Positions 1 through 14,200 of a stretch of DNA of 64,000 bases are shown here, in pieces. Origin of the DNA: the human T2T-CHM13v2.0 reference genome, Homo sapiens; NCBI GenBank assembly GCA_009914755.4, contig CP068257.2:6784001-6848000 (forward strand). The letters run 5' to 3'. The position numbers were made by a program, and so were the translations under genes. Under the pieces are notes generated by a model, which did not search any database, had not been told where the DNA came from, and saw only the letters and a program-made list of their open reading frames with translations. Numbering within the stretch: position 1 is the stretch's first letter; the number at the start of each line of letters is the position of its first letter.

Positions 1-419
1 CAATCAACTTTGGTGGAATGGTATGGAATGGAATGGAAAGGAATGGAATGGAATGGAATAAAAGGGCATGGAATGGAATGAAATCAACCCGAATGGAATG
101 GAACGGAATGGAGTAGAATGGTATAGAATGGAATGGAATGGAAAGGAATCAACCTGAAGGGTATGGAATGGAATGGAATGGAATGGAATTGAATTGAATG
201 GAATGGAATGGAATCAACCAGAGGGGAATGCAATGAAATGAAATGGAATGGAATGGAACGGAAAGCAACGGAACGGAACGGAATTGAATGGAATGGAATG
301 AACCCGAGTGGAAAGGAATGGAATGGAATGGAATGGAATGGAATAACATGCAATCAACTTTGGTGGAATGGTATGGAATGGAATGGAATGGAATGGAATC
401 GAATGGAATGGAATCAACC

Positions 420-1870
420 CGAGTGGAATGCAATGGAATGAAAAGGAATGGAATGGAACGGAACGGAACGGAACGGAACGGAATTGAATGGAATGGAATC
501 AACCCGAGGGGAAAGGAATGGAATGGAATGGAATGGAATGGAATGGAATGGAATGGAATAAAAGGGCATGGAATGGAATGGAATCATCCCGAGGGGAATG
601 GAATGGAATGGAATGGAATGAAATGGAAATGAATCAAACCGAGTGGAATTTAATGTAATATAATGTAATGGAATGGAATGGAAACAATGCAATGCAATGA
701 TATCAACTGGAATGGAATGCATTGGAATGGAATGGAATGGAATCACCCTGAGTGGAAAGGAATAGAATGGAATGGAAAGGAATGTAATGGAATGGAAACT
801 AATGGAACGGAATGGAAACCACCAGAGTGGAATGGAATGCAATGGAATGGAATCGAATGGAATGGAATGGAATGGAATGGAATGGAATGGAATGGAATGG
901 AATAGAATACAACAAAATGGAAACAACCCGAGTGGAATGGCATGGAATGAAAAGGATTGAATATAATGGAATGGATTGGAATCAACCCGATTAGAAACTA
1001 ATGGAATGGAATGGAATGGAATGGAATGGAATGGAATGGAATGGAATGGAATGGAATGGAATCTAACCTAGTGGAATGGAAAGGAATGGAATTTAAAGAA
1101 ATGAAATGGAATGGAATGGAACAGAATTGAATGGAATGGAATGGAATGGAATCTACCCGAGTGAAATGGAATGGAATGGAATTTAATGGAATGGAATGGT
1201 ATAGAATGTAATGGAATCAACCCCAGTGGAATGGTATAGAATGTAATGTAATGGAATGGAATGGAATAAAATGGAATGGAATGGAAACAACCCGAGTGGA
1301 ATGGAATGGAATAACCGGAGAGGAATGGAATGGAATGGAGTGGAATGGAATGGAATAGAATGGAATAGAATGGAAAGGAATAGAATGAAATTGAAAGGAA
1401 TGGAATGGAAACCACCCGAGTGGAATGGAATGGAATGGAATGGAATGCAATGGAAACATCCCGAGTGGAATGGAAAGGAATGGAATGGAACGGAATATAA
1501 TGGAATGGAATGGAAACATCCCGAGTGGAATGGAATGGTATGGAATGCAATTGAATGGTATGGAACAGAACGGAATGAAATGGAATGCAATAGATTGCGA
1601 GTGGAATTGAATGGAATGGAATGGATTGGAATGGAATGGAAAGGATTGGAGTGGAATGGAATGGAATCAACAAGAATGGAATGGAAAGGAATGGAATGGA
1701 ATGGAATGGAATGGAATGGAATGGAATGGAATGGTAAGGAACAGAATGGAAACAACCCGAGTGGAATGGAATGGAATGGACTGTAATCCACCCGAGTGGA
1801 ATGGAATGTAATGGAATTGAACGGAATATAATGGAATTGAATGGAATCATCCCGAGTCGAATGGAATGGT
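420..1870. repeat. Short-variant-specific segment (also ~39135-40590 in copy 4, ~47020-48478 in copy 5)
   Basis: TTTAATGTAATATAATGTAATGG...AAACAATGCAATGCAATGATATCAACTGG occurs only at ~640, ~39370 and ~47275. The peptide signature MPFHSGFFHFVVFHCIPFHS (1068..1967, 39889..40683) occurs only in the short copies (a TRDVSIPFHYIPFHS-related segment is also in copy 5, 47666..48148). The long copies carry only ~85%-type paralogues (e.g. 10200-10480). Confidence 0.6.
903..1003. repeat. Recurring ~100 bp diverged landmark element GAATACAACAAAATGGAAACAACCCGAGTGGAATGGCATGGAATGGAAAGGACTTGAATATAATGGAATGGATTGGAATCAACCCGATTAGAAACTAATGG. Approximate copies start at 905, 1925, 3555, 4640, 11200, 13560, 15325, 17455, 19050, 20130, 26585, 28955, 30710, 32845, 34440, 35525, 39625, 40650, 42265, 43365, 47525, 51625, 57425
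   Basis: Read directly from the sequence. Spacing between neighbours is 1.0-2.4 kb, with a ~6.5 kb landmark-free zone spanning each HOR boundary. Copies at HOR-equivalent positions are identical; copies within a unit differ by a few substitutions (e.g. GATTAGAAACTAATGG vs GATTAGAAATTAATGG; GGAAACAACCC vs GGAAAAAACCC). Confidence 0.75.
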
Positions 1871-4800
1871 ATCTAATGCAATGGAATGGAATGGAATGGA
1901 ATGGAATGGAATGGAATGGAATGCAATGGAACACAACAAAATGGAAAAAACCCGAGTGGAATGGCATGGAATGGAAAGGACTTGAATATAATGGAATGGA
2001 TTGGTATCATCCCGATTAGAAATTAATGGAATGGAATGGAATGGAAAGGAATGGAATGGAATGGAACCTACACAAGTGGAATGGAATGAAATGGAAATAA
2101 ATGGAATGGAATAGAATGGAAAGGAATGGAACGGAATGGAATGGAATGGAATGGAATGGAATCTACCCGAGTGGAATGGAATGGAATGGAATTTAATGGA
2201 ATGGAATGGAATAGAATGGTATGGAATCAACCCGAGTGGAATGGTAAAGAATGCAATGTAATGGAACGGAATGGAATGGAATAAAATGGAATGGAATGGA
2301 ATGGAAACAACCCGAGTTGAATGGAATGGAATGGAATAACCGGAGAGGAATGGAATGGAATGCAGGGTAATGGAATGGAATAGAATGGAATGGAATGGAA
2401 TGGAATAGAATGAAATGGAAAGGAATGGAATAGAAACAACCCGAGTGGAATGGAATGGAATGGAATCCACCCGAGTGGAATGGAATGCAATGGAATTGAA
2501 CGGAATATAATGGAATTGAATAGAATCATCCTGAGTGGAATGGAATGGTATCTAATGCAATGGAGTGGAATGGAACAGAACTGAATGGGATGGAAAGAAT
2601 AGATTGAATCCAAGTGGAATTGAATGGAATGAAATGGATTCGAAAGGAATGGAATGGATTGGAATGGATTGGAATGGAAAGGAATGGATTCAACCCGAGT
2701 GGAATGTAATGGATTGGAATGGAGTGGAATGGAATGGAATGGAATCAACACGAATGGAATGGAACGGAATGGAATGGAATGGTATGGAATGAAATAGAAA
2801 GGAACGGAATAGAATCAACCAAAGTGGAATGGAATGGAATGGAATGGAAGGGAATCAACACGAGTGGAATTGAATGGAAAGGAATGCAATGGAATGGAAT
2901 GGAATGGAATGGAATGGAATGGAATGGAATGCAATGGAATTCAATGGAATCAACCCGAGTGGAATGGAATGCTATGGAATGCAATGGAATGGAGTGGAAC
3001 AGAACGGAATGGAATTGCATGGAATTGATTGAATCCGAGTGGAATTGAACGGAAGGGAATGCATTGGAATGGAAAGGAAAGGATTCAACCCGAGTGGAAT
3101 GTAATGGAATGGAGTGGAGTGGAATGGAATGGTATGGATTGGAATGGAATGGAATGGAATGGAATCAACACAAAGGGAATGGAATGGAATGGAATAGAAT
3201 GGAAAGGAATGGAATGGAATGGTATGGAATGTAATGTAATGGAATGGAATGGAATGAAATGGAATCAACCGGAATGGAATGGAATGGAATGGAATGGAAT
3301 GGAATGGAATGGAATGGAAATGAATCAAACCGAGTGGAATGGAATGGAATGGAATGGAAACAATGCCATGCAATGGTATCAACGGGAATGGAATGCATTG
3401 GAATGGAATGGAATGGAATCACCCTGAGTGGATAGGAAAGGAATGGAAGGGAATGGAAAGGAATGGAATGGAATGGAAACTAATGGAAGGGAATGGAAAC
3501 AACCCGAGTGGAATGGAATGGAATGGAATGGAATGGAATGGAATGGAATGGAATACAACAAAATGGAAACAACCCGAGTGGAATGGCATGGAATGGAAAG
3601 GACTTGAATATAATGGAATGGATTGGAATCAACCCGATTAGAAACTAATGGAATGGAATGGAATGGAATGGAATGGAATGGAATGGAATGGATTGGAATT
3701 TACCCGAATGGAATGGAATGTAATGAAATTAAATGGAATGGAAAGGAATGGAAAGGAATGGAATGGAATCTACACGAGTGGAATGGAATTGAATTGAATT
3801 TAATGGAATTGAACGGAATACAATGATATGGAATCAACCCGTGTGGAATGGTATAGAATGTAATGTAATGGAATGGAATGGAATAAAATGGAATGGACTG
3901 GAATGGAAACAAAACGAGTGGAACGGAATGGAATAACCTGAGAGGAATGGAATGGAATGGAGTGGCATGGAATGGAATAGAATGGAATGGAATGGAATGG
4001 AATAGAATGAAATTGAAAGGAATGGAATGGAAACAACCCGTGTGGAATGGAATGGAAAGGAATCAACCTGAAGGGTATGGAATGGAATGGAATGGAATGG
4101 AATGGAATGGAATGGAATGGAATCAACCAGAGTGGAATGCAATGGAATGAAATGGAATTGAAATGAATGGAATGGAACGGAATGGAACGGAACGGAATTG
4201 AATCGAATGGAATCAACCCAAATTGAAAGGAATGGAATGGAATGGACTGGAATGGAATGGAATGGAATGGAATGGAATGGAATGGATTGGAATGGATTCA
4301 ACACAAATGGAATGGAATGGAACGGAATGGAATAGAATGGAAAGGAGTGGAATGCAATTGAATGGAATGAAATGGAATAAACCCGAATGGAATGGAATGG
4401 AATGGAATGGAATTGAGTGGAATGGAATAAACACCAGTGGAATGAAATGGAATGGAATGGAATGGAATGAAATCAACACGAGTAGAACGGAACGGAATGG
4501 AATGGAATGGAAAGGAATGGAATCAACTGGAATGGAATGAAATGGAATGGAATGGAGTGGAATGTAATGGAATGCAATGGAATCAACAAGAGTGAAATGC
4601 AAAGGAATGGAATGGAATGGAATAGAATGGAATGGAATGGAATACAACAAAATGGAAAGAACTCGAGTGGAATGGCAAGGAATGGAAAGGACTTGAATAA
4701 AATGGAATGGATTGGAATCAACCCGATTAGAAACTAGTGGAAAGGAATGGAATGGAATGGAATCTGCCCGAGTGGAATGGAATGGAATGGAATTGAATGG

Positions 4801-7800
4801 AATGGAATGGAGTGGAATAGAATAGAATGGAATGGAATGGAACGGAATGGAAGGGAATTGAATGGAATAGAATGGAATCGAATCTACCCGAGTGGAATGG
4901 AATGGAAAGGAATTTAATGGAATGGAAAGGAATGGAATGGAATGGAATGGAATGGAATGGAATGGAATGGAATGGAATAAACACCAGTGGAATGAAATGG
5001 AATGGAATGGAATGGAATGCAATGGAATGGAATGGAATGGAGTGGAATGGAATAAACACCAGTGGAATGAAATGGAATGGAATGGAATGGAATGCAATGG
5101 AATGGAATGGAATGGAATGGAATGGAATGGAAACTACTGGAATGGAATGGAAACAACCCGAGTGGAATGGAATGCAATGGAATGGAATGGAATGGAATGA
5201 CACGGAATGGAATGGAATGGACTGGAATGGAATTTAAAGGAATGGAATGGAATCAACCCGACTGGAATGGAATGGAATGTAAAGCAGTGAATGGAATGTA
5301 ATGGAATGAAATGGAATGGAATGGAATGGTATGCAATGCAGTGGAATGGATTTGAATGGAATGGAATGGAACGGAACGGAACGGAATGGAATGGAATGGA
5401 ATGGAATGGAATGGAATGGACACCAATGGAATGGAATGGAATTGAATGGAATGGAATGGAATGGATTGGAATGGATGGGAATGGAATGGAACGGAATTAA
5501 CCGGAGTGGAATGCAATGGAATGGAATGGAGTGGAATGGAATCAACCCGAGTGGAATGGAATGGAATGGAATGGAATGGAATGGAATGGAATGGAATCAA
5601 CACGAATGGACTGGAACGAAATGGAATGGAATGGATTGGAATGGAATGGAATGGAATGGAATGGAATGGAATGGAATGGAATGGAATGGAATAGTATGGT
5701 ATGGAATGAAATGGAAAGAAACAGAATGGAATCAACCCAAGTGGAGTGGAATAGAATGGAATGGAAGGGAATCAATACGAGTCAAATGGAATGGAGTGGA
5801 ATGCTATGGAATGGAATGGAATGAAATGAAATGGAATGTAATGGAATGGAATGGAATTCAAGGGAATCAATCCGAGTGGAATGGAATGGTATGGAATGCA
5901 ATGGAATGGAGTGGAACAGAACGGAATGGAATGGAATGGAATTGATTGAATCCGAATGGAATTGAATGGAAGGGAATGCATTGGAATGGAATAGAAAGGA
6001 TTCAACCCGAGTGGAAAGTAATGGATTGGAATGGAATGGAAAGGAATGGAATGGAATCAACACAAATGGAATGGAATGGAATGGAAAGGAATGGATTGCA
6101 ATGGAATGGAATGGAATGGAATGGAATGGAATGGAATGGAAATGAAAGGAATGGAATGCAATGGAATGGAATGGAATGCAATGGAATGGAATGGAATGCA
6201 ATGGAATGGAATGGAATGAAATGAAATAAACCCGAATGGAATGGAATGGAATGGAATGCAATGCCATGGAATGGAATGGAATGGAGTGGAATGGAATAAA
6301 CAGAAGTGGAATGAATTGGAATGGAATGAAATGGAATGGAATGGAATGGAATGGACTGGAATGAAATAAACCCGAGTAGAATGGAACGGAATGGATTGGA
6401 ATGGAAAGGAATTGAATAAACTGGAATGGAATGAAATGGAATGGAAGGGAGTGGAATGGAATGGAATACAATGGAATCAACACGAGTGGAATGCAATGCA
6501 ACGGAAGGGAAAGGAATGGAATGGAACGGAACCAACCCGAGTGGAGTGGAATAAAGTGGAATGGAATGGAGTATGATCAACCTGAGTGGAACGGAATGCA
6601 ATGGAATGGAATGGAATGGAATGGTTTCAACCAGAGTGGAATGGAATGGAATGGAATGGAACGGAATGGAATGCAATGGACGTAACTGGAATGGAATGGA
6701 ATGGAATGGAATGGAATGGAATGGAATGGAACGGAATCAACATGAGTCAAATGGAATGGAATGGAATGGAATGGAATGGAATGGAATGGAGTCAACACGA
6801 ATGGACTGGAACGTAATGGAATGGAATGGAATGGAATGGTATGGTTTGGAATGAAATGGAAAGGAACGGAATGGAATCAACCCAAGTGGAGTGGAATAGA
6901 ATGGAATGGAAGGGAATGAAGACGAGTCAAATGGAATGGAATGGAATGCAATGGAAAGGAATGGAATGCAATGAAATGGAATGGAATGGAATGGAATGGA
7001 ATGCAATGGAATGGAATGGAATTCAGTGAAATGGAATGGAAAAGAATGGAATGGAATAGAATGGAATCTACTGTAATGGAATGGAAACAACCTGAGTGGA
7101 ATGGAATGCAATGGAATGGAATGGAATGGAATGGAATGGAATGGAATGGAAAGGAACGGAATGTAAAGGAATGGAATGGAATCAACCCGACTGGAATGGA
7201 ATGGAATGGAAAGGAATGAATGGAATGGAATGGAATGGAATGGAATGGAATGGAATGGAATGGAATGGAATTGTATGGAATACAATGATATGGAATTGAA
7301 TGGAATGGAACGGAATGGAACGGAATGGAATGGAATGGACCCCAATGGAATGGAATGGAATGGAATGGATTGGAATGGAATGGAACGGAATTAACCCGAG
7401 TGGAATGGAATGGAATGGAATGGAGTGGAATGGAATGGAATGGAATGGAATGGAATGGAATGGAAAGGAATCAACCCGAGTGGAATGCAATGAAATGGAA
7501 TGCAATGGAATGGAATGGTATGGAATCAACCCTAGTGAAATGGTATGGAATGGAATGGAATGGAACAGAATGGAATGGAATCATCCCGAATGGAATGGAA
7601 AGGAATGGAGAGGAATGGTACGGTATGGAATGGAATGGAAAGGAATCAACCCGAAGGTTATGGAATGGAATGCAATGGAATGGAATGGAATCAACCCGAG
7701 TGGAATGCAATCGAATAAAATGGAATGGAATGAAACGGAAAGGAACGGAATGGAACGGAATTGAAAGGAATGGAATCAAACCGAGTGGAAAGGAATGGAA

Positions 7801-8261
7801 TGGAATGAAATGCAATGGTGTGGAATGGAATGGAAAGGAATAACATGCAATCGACTTTAGTGGAATGGTATGGAATGGAATAATATGCAATCAACTTTGG
7901 TGGAATGGTATAGAATGGAATGGAATGGAAAGGAATCAACCTGAAGGGTATGGAATGGAATGGAATGGAATGGAATGGAATGGAATTGAATTGAATGGAA
8001 TGGAATGGAATGGAATCAACCAGAGGGGAATGCAATGAAATGAAATGGAATGGAATGGAACGGAAAGCAATGGAACGGAACGGAATTGAATGGAATGGAA
8101 TGAACCCGAGTGGAAAGGAATGGAATGGAATGGAATGGAATGGAATGGAATAACATGCAATCAACTTTGGTGGAATGGTATGGAATGGAATGGAATGGAA
8201 TGGAATCGAATGGAATGGAATCAACCCGAGTGGAATGCAATGGAATGAAAAGGAATGGAAT

Positions 8262-8288
8262 GGAACGGAACGGAACGGAACGGAACGG
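8262..8288. repeat. Example of a CpG-retaining (GGAAC)5 variant run; homologous runs at ~456-485, 23669-23695, 39172-39198, 47068-47094, 49800-49826
   Basis: Direct reading: GGAACGGAACGGAACGGAACGGAACGG. Confidence 0.85.
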
Positions 8289-8299
8289 AATGGAATGGA

Positions 8300-11200
8300 A
8301 TGGAATCAACCCGAGGGGAAAAGAATGGAATGGAATGGAATGGAATGGAATGGAATGGAATGGAATGGAATGGAATAAAAGGGCATGGAATGGAATGGAA
8401 TCATCCCGAGGGGAATGGAATGGAATGGAATGGAATGGAATGGAATGGAATGGAATGGAATGGAATCAACCTGAGTTGAACGGAATGGAATGGAATGGAA
8501 TGGAATGGAATGGAATGGTATCAACCAGAGTGGAATGGAATGGAATTGAATGGAATGGAACGGAATGGAATGCAATGGAATCAACTGGAATGGAATGGAA
8601 TTGAATGAAATGGAATGGAATCAACCTCAGTCAAATAGAATGGAATGGAATGGAATGGAATGGAATGGAATGGAATGGAATGGAATGGAATGGAATGGAA
8701 GGGAAAGGAACGGAATGGAATCAACCCGAGTGGAATGGAATGGAATGGAATGGAATCCACCCGAGTGGAATGGAATGGAATGGAATGCAATGGAATTGAA
8801 CGGAATATAATGGAATTAAATGGAATCATCCCGTGTGGAACAGATTGGTATCTAATGCAATGGAATGGAATGGAACAGAACGGAATGGAATGGAAGAATA
8901 GATTGAATCCAATTGGAATTGAATGGAATGGAATGGATTGGAAAGGAATGGAATGGATTGCAATGGATTGGAATGGAAAGGAATGGATTCAGCCCGAGTG
9001 GAATGTAATGGATTGGAATGGAATGGAATGGAATGGAATGGAATGGAATGGTATGGAATGAAATGGAAAGGAACGGAACAGAATCAACACAAGTGGAATG
9101 GAATGGAAAGGAATGCAATTGAATGGAATGGAATGGAATGGAATGGAATGGAATGGAATGGAATGGAATCAACCCGAGTGGAGTAGAATGGAATGGAATG
9201 GAATGAACCGCAGTGGAATGGAATGGAATGGAATGCAATAGAATGGAATGGAATGGAAAGGAATGGAATTCAATGGAATCAACCCGAGTGGAATGGAATG
9301 GTATGGAATGCAATGGAATGGAGTGGAACAGAACGGAATGGAATGGAATGGAAATGATTGAATCTGAGTGGAATTGAATGGAAGGGAAAGCATTGGAAAG
9401 GAATGGAAAGGATTCAACCCGAGTGGAATGTAATGGATTGGAATGGAGTGGAATGTAATGGAATGGATTGGAATGGAATGGAATCAACACAAATGGAAAG
9501 GAATGGAATGGAATGGAATAGAATGGAAAGGAATGGAATGCAATGGAATGGAATGGAATGGAATGAAATGGAATAAACCCGAATGGAATGGAATGGAATG
9601 GAATGGAATGGAATGAATTGGAATAAACCCGAGTGGAATGGAATGGAATGGAATGGAAAGGAATGGAATGGAGTGGAATGGAATGGACTGGAATGGAATG
9701 CAAAGTAATGGAATGGAACCAACCCGACTGGAATGGAATGGAATGGAATGGAAAGGAATGAATGGAATGGAATGGAATGGAATGGTATGGAATGCAATCG
9801 GATGGAATTCAATGGAATGGAACACAATGGAATGGAATGGAATGGAATGGGCCCCAATGGAATGTAATGTAATGGAATGGATTGGAATGGAATGGAATGG
9901 AATTAACCCGAGTGGAATGGAATGTAATGGAATGGAATGGAATGGAATCAACCCGAGTGGAAAGGAATGGCATGCAATCGAATGGAATGGAATGGAATCA
10001 ATCCAAGAGGAATGGAATGGAATGAAATGGAAAGCAATGGAATGGAATGGAATGGAATGGAATGGAATGGAATGGAATGGAATGGAATGGAATCAACCCG
10101 AGTGGAAAGGAATGGCATGCAATCGAATGGAATGGAATGGAATGGAATCAATCCAAGAGGAATGGAATGGAATGGAATGGAATGCAATGGAATGGAATGG
10201 AATGGAATGGAATGGAATGGAATGGAAATGAATCAAACCGAGTGGAATGTAATGTAATGTAATGGAATGGAATGGAATTTAAACAATGCAATGCAATGGT
10301 ATCAACTGGAATGGAATGCATTGGAATCGAATGGAATGGAATCACCCAGAGTTTAAAGGAATGGAATGGAATGGAATGGAATGGAATGGAATGGAATGGA
10401 AAGGAATGGAATGGAATGGAAACTACAGGAACCGAAAAGAAAGAACCCGAGTGGAATGGAATGCAATGCAATGGAAAGGAATGGAATGGAATGGAATGGA
10501 ACGGAATAAAATGGAATGGAATGGAATCATCCCGAGTGGAATGGAATGACATGGAATGCAATAGAATGGAATGGAACAGAACGGAATGAAATGGAATGGA
10601 ATAGATTGAATGCGAGTGGAAATGAATGGAACGGAATGGATTGGAATGGAATGGAATGGATTGAAGTGGAATGGAATGGAATCAACACGAATGGAATGGA
10701 ACGGAATGGCAGGGATTGGAAAGGAACGGAATGGAATCAACCCGAGTGGAATGGAATGGAATGGAATCCACCCGATTGGAATGAAATGGAATGCAATGTA
10801 ATGGAATGCATTGGAATCAACTCGAGTGGAATGGAATGGAATGGAATGGAATGGAATGGAATGGAATGGAAGAGAATCGAATCCAATGGAATCAACTGGA
10901 ATGGAATGGAATGGAATGGAATGGAATGGAATGGAATGGAATGGAATCAATCCGGGTGGAATGGAATGGAATGGAATGGAGTGCACTGGAATTAAATGGA
11001 GTGGAATGGAATGGAATGGAATCAACCCGTATGGAATGGAACGGAATGGAATGGAAAGGAATGGAATGGAATGGAATGGAATGGAATGGAATGGAATGGA
11101 ACAGAATAGAATGGAATCAGCCCAAATGGGATGGAATGGAATGGAATGGAATGGAATGGAATGGAATGGAATGGAATGGAATGGAATGGAATGGAATGGA

Positions 11201-14200
11201 ATACAACAAAATGGAAACAACCCGTGTGGAATGGCATGGAATGGAAAGGACTTGAATATAATGGAATGGATTGGTATCAACCCGATTAGAAATTAATGGA
11301 ATGGAATGTAATAGAATTAAATGGAATGGAATAGAAAGGAATGGAATGGAACGGAATGGAATGGAATGGAATGCAATGGAATCTACACGAGTGGAATGGA
11401 ATGGAATGGAATTTAATTGAATGGAATGGAATAGAATGGTATGGAATCAACCGGAGTGGAATGGTAAAGAATGCAATGTACTGGAACGGAATGGAATGGA
11501 ATAAAATGGATTGGAATGGAAAGGAAACAACCCGAGTTGAATGGAATGGAATGGAATGGAATGGAATGGAATGGAATGGAATGGAATGGAATCAACCCGA
11601 GTGGAGTAGAATGGAATGGAATGGAATGGAATGAACCGCAGTGGAATGGAATGGAATGGAATGCAATAGAATGGAATGGAATGGAATGGAATGGAATTCA
11701 ATGGAATCACCCAGAGTGGAGTGGAATGGTATGGAATGCAATGGAATGGAGTGGAACAGAACGGAATGGAATGGAATGGAAATGATTGAATCTGAGTGGA
11801 ATTGAATGGAAGAGAAAGCATTGGAAAGGAATGGAAAGGATTCAACCCGAATGGAATGGAATGGATTGGAATGGAGTGGAATGGAATGGAATGGAATGGA
11901 ATGGAATCAACACAAATGGAATGGAATGGAATGGAAGGGAATGGAATGCAATGGAATGGAATGGAATGGAATGGAATTAAATGGAATAAACCGGAATGTA
12001 ATGTAATGGAATGGAATGGAATGGAATGGAATGGAATGGAATGGAATGGAAACTACTGGAACCGAATGGAAAGAACCCGAGTGGAATGGAATGGAATGGA
12101 ATGGAATGGAATGGAATGGAATGGAACGGAATAAAATGGAATGGAATGGAATCATCCCGAGTGGAATGGAATGGCATGGAATGCAATAGAATGGAATGGA
12201 ACAGAACGGAATGAAATGGAATGGAATAGATTGAATGCGAGTGGAATTGAATGGAACGGAATGGATTGGAACGGAATGGAATGGATTGAAGTGGAATGGA
12301 ATGGAATCAACACGAATGGAATGGAACGGAATGGCAGGGATTGGAAAGGAACGGAATGGAATCAACCCGAGTGGAATGGAATGGAATGGAATCCACCCGA
12401 TTGGAATGAAATGGAATGGAATGTAATGGAATGCATTGGAATCAACTCGAGTGGAATGGAATGGAATGGAATGGAATGGAATGGAACAGAAATGAATCCA
12501 ATGGAATCAACTGGAATGGAATGGAATGGAATGGAATGGAATGGAATGGAATGGAATGGAATCAATCCGGGTGGAATGGAATGGAATGGAATGGAGTGCA
12601 CTGGAATTGAATGGAGTGGAATGGAATGGAATGGAATCAACCCGTATGGAATGGAACGGAATGGAATGGAAAGGAATGGAATGGAATGGAATGGAATGGA
12701 ACAGAATAGAATGGAATCAGCCCAAATGGGATGGAATGGAATGGAATGGAATGGAATGGAATGGAATGGAATGGAATGGAATGGAATGGAATTCTATGGA
12801 ATCAACCGTAGTGTAATGTAAATGAATGGAATATAATGGAATGGAATGGAAGGGAATGGAATCAACCCAAGTGCATTGGAATGGAATGGAATGCAACGGA
12901 ATCAACCCGAGAGTAATGGAATGGAAAGCAATTGAATGGAATGGAAAGGAATGGAATGGAATCAACCCGACAGGAATGGAATGGAATGGTATGGAATCAA
13001 ACCGAGTGGAATGGAATGGAATGGAATGGAAAGGAATGCAATGGAATGGAATGGAAAGGAATGGAATGGAATGGAATGGAAAGAACCCGAATGGAAAGGA
13101 ATGGAATGGAATTGAATGGATTGGAATGGAATGGAATTGAATCAACCCGAGTGGAATGGAATGGAATCGAGTGGAGTTGAATGGAATGGAATGGAATGGA
13201 ATAAAATAAACCCGAATGGAATGGAATGGAATGGAATGGAATGGAATGGAATGGAAAGGAATCAACCTGAGTGGAGTGGAATGGAATGGAATTTCATGAA
13301 ATGGAATGGAATGGAATGGTATGGAATAAACACGAGTGGAATGGTATGGAATGCAAAGGAATGGAACGGAATGGAATGGAATAAAATGGAATGGAATGGA
13401 ATGGAATCAACTCGAGTGAAATGGAATGGAATGAAATGGAATGGAAAGGAATGAAATCAACCGGAGTGCAGTGGAATGGAATGGAGTGGAATGGAATGGA
13501 ATGGAATGGAATGGAATGGAATGGAATGGAATGGAATGGCATGGAATGGAATGCAATGGAATACAACAAAATGGAAACAACCCGTGTGGAATGGCATGGA
13601 ATGGAAAGGACTTGAATATAATGGAATGGATTGGTATCAACCCGATTAGAAATTAATGGAATGGAATGTAATAGAATTAAATGGAATGGAATAGAATGGA
13701 ATGGAACGGAACGGAATGGAATGGAATGGAATGGAATGGAATGGAATGGAATGGAATGGAATGGAATGGAATGGAATCTACACGAGTGGAATGGAATGGA
13801 ATGGAATTTAATGGAATGGAATGGAATAGAATGGTATGGAATCAACCCGAGTGGAATGGTAAAGAATGCAATGTAATGGAACGGAATAGAATGGAATAAA
13901 ATGGATTGGAATGGAATGGAAACAACCCGAGTTGAATGGCATGGAATGGAATGGAATAGAATGGAATGGAATGGAGTAACCGGAGAGGAATGGAATGGAA
14001 TGCAGTGTAATGGAATGGAATAGAATGGAATGGAATGAAATGGAATGGAATAGAATGAAATGGAAAGGAATGGAATAGAAACAACCCGAGTGGAATGGAA
14101 AGGAATGGAATCCACCCGAGTGGAATGGAATGCAATGGAATGGAACTGAATATAATGGAATTGAAAGGAATCATCCCGAGTGGAATGGAATGGTATCTAA

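Larger units (their letters stand above)
1..7888. repeat. HOR copy 1, short (~7.9 kb) variant. It is made of a head (~1-420, two diverged ~350 bp sub-units starting with CAATCAACTTTGGTGGAATGGTATGG), a short-variant-specific segment (~420-1870) and a shared tail (~1870-7888)
   Basis: Positions 1-180 are letter-identical to 38718-38897. Artefact ORFs 84..353 and 38800..39069 translate identically, as do 4473..4721 and 43194..43442. The copy restarts at 7889 with the same CAATCAACTTTGGTGG marker. Confidence 0.8.

Noticed and set aside
903-1003. Landmark ~100 bp element as a possible CENP-B box or other defined protein-binding site
   Set aside because: It does not contain the alpha-satellite CENP-B box consensus (YTTCGTTGGAARCGGGA) or any motif I can name with confidence. 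It is best treated as a diverged satellite sub-unit marker only.
2935-2950. Recurring GAATTC (EcoRI) sites in GGAATTCAATGG variants, as a possible restriction-periodicity feature
   Set aside because: They are simply a common single-base variant (GGAATGC/GGAATTC) of the pentamer. Their spacing follows the HOR trivially and adds nothing beyond the repeat structure already described.
7849-7930. Doubled marker CAATCGACTTTAGTGG...CAATCAACTTTGGTGG at unit starts (7849/7889, 23229/23283, 38679/38718, 46559/46603), as a possible palindrome or regulatory site
   Set aside because: It is a direct, not inverted, duplication of a ~40 bp piece of the head sub-repeat and is present identically in every unit. 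No hairpin potential beyond background; it is part of the repeat.
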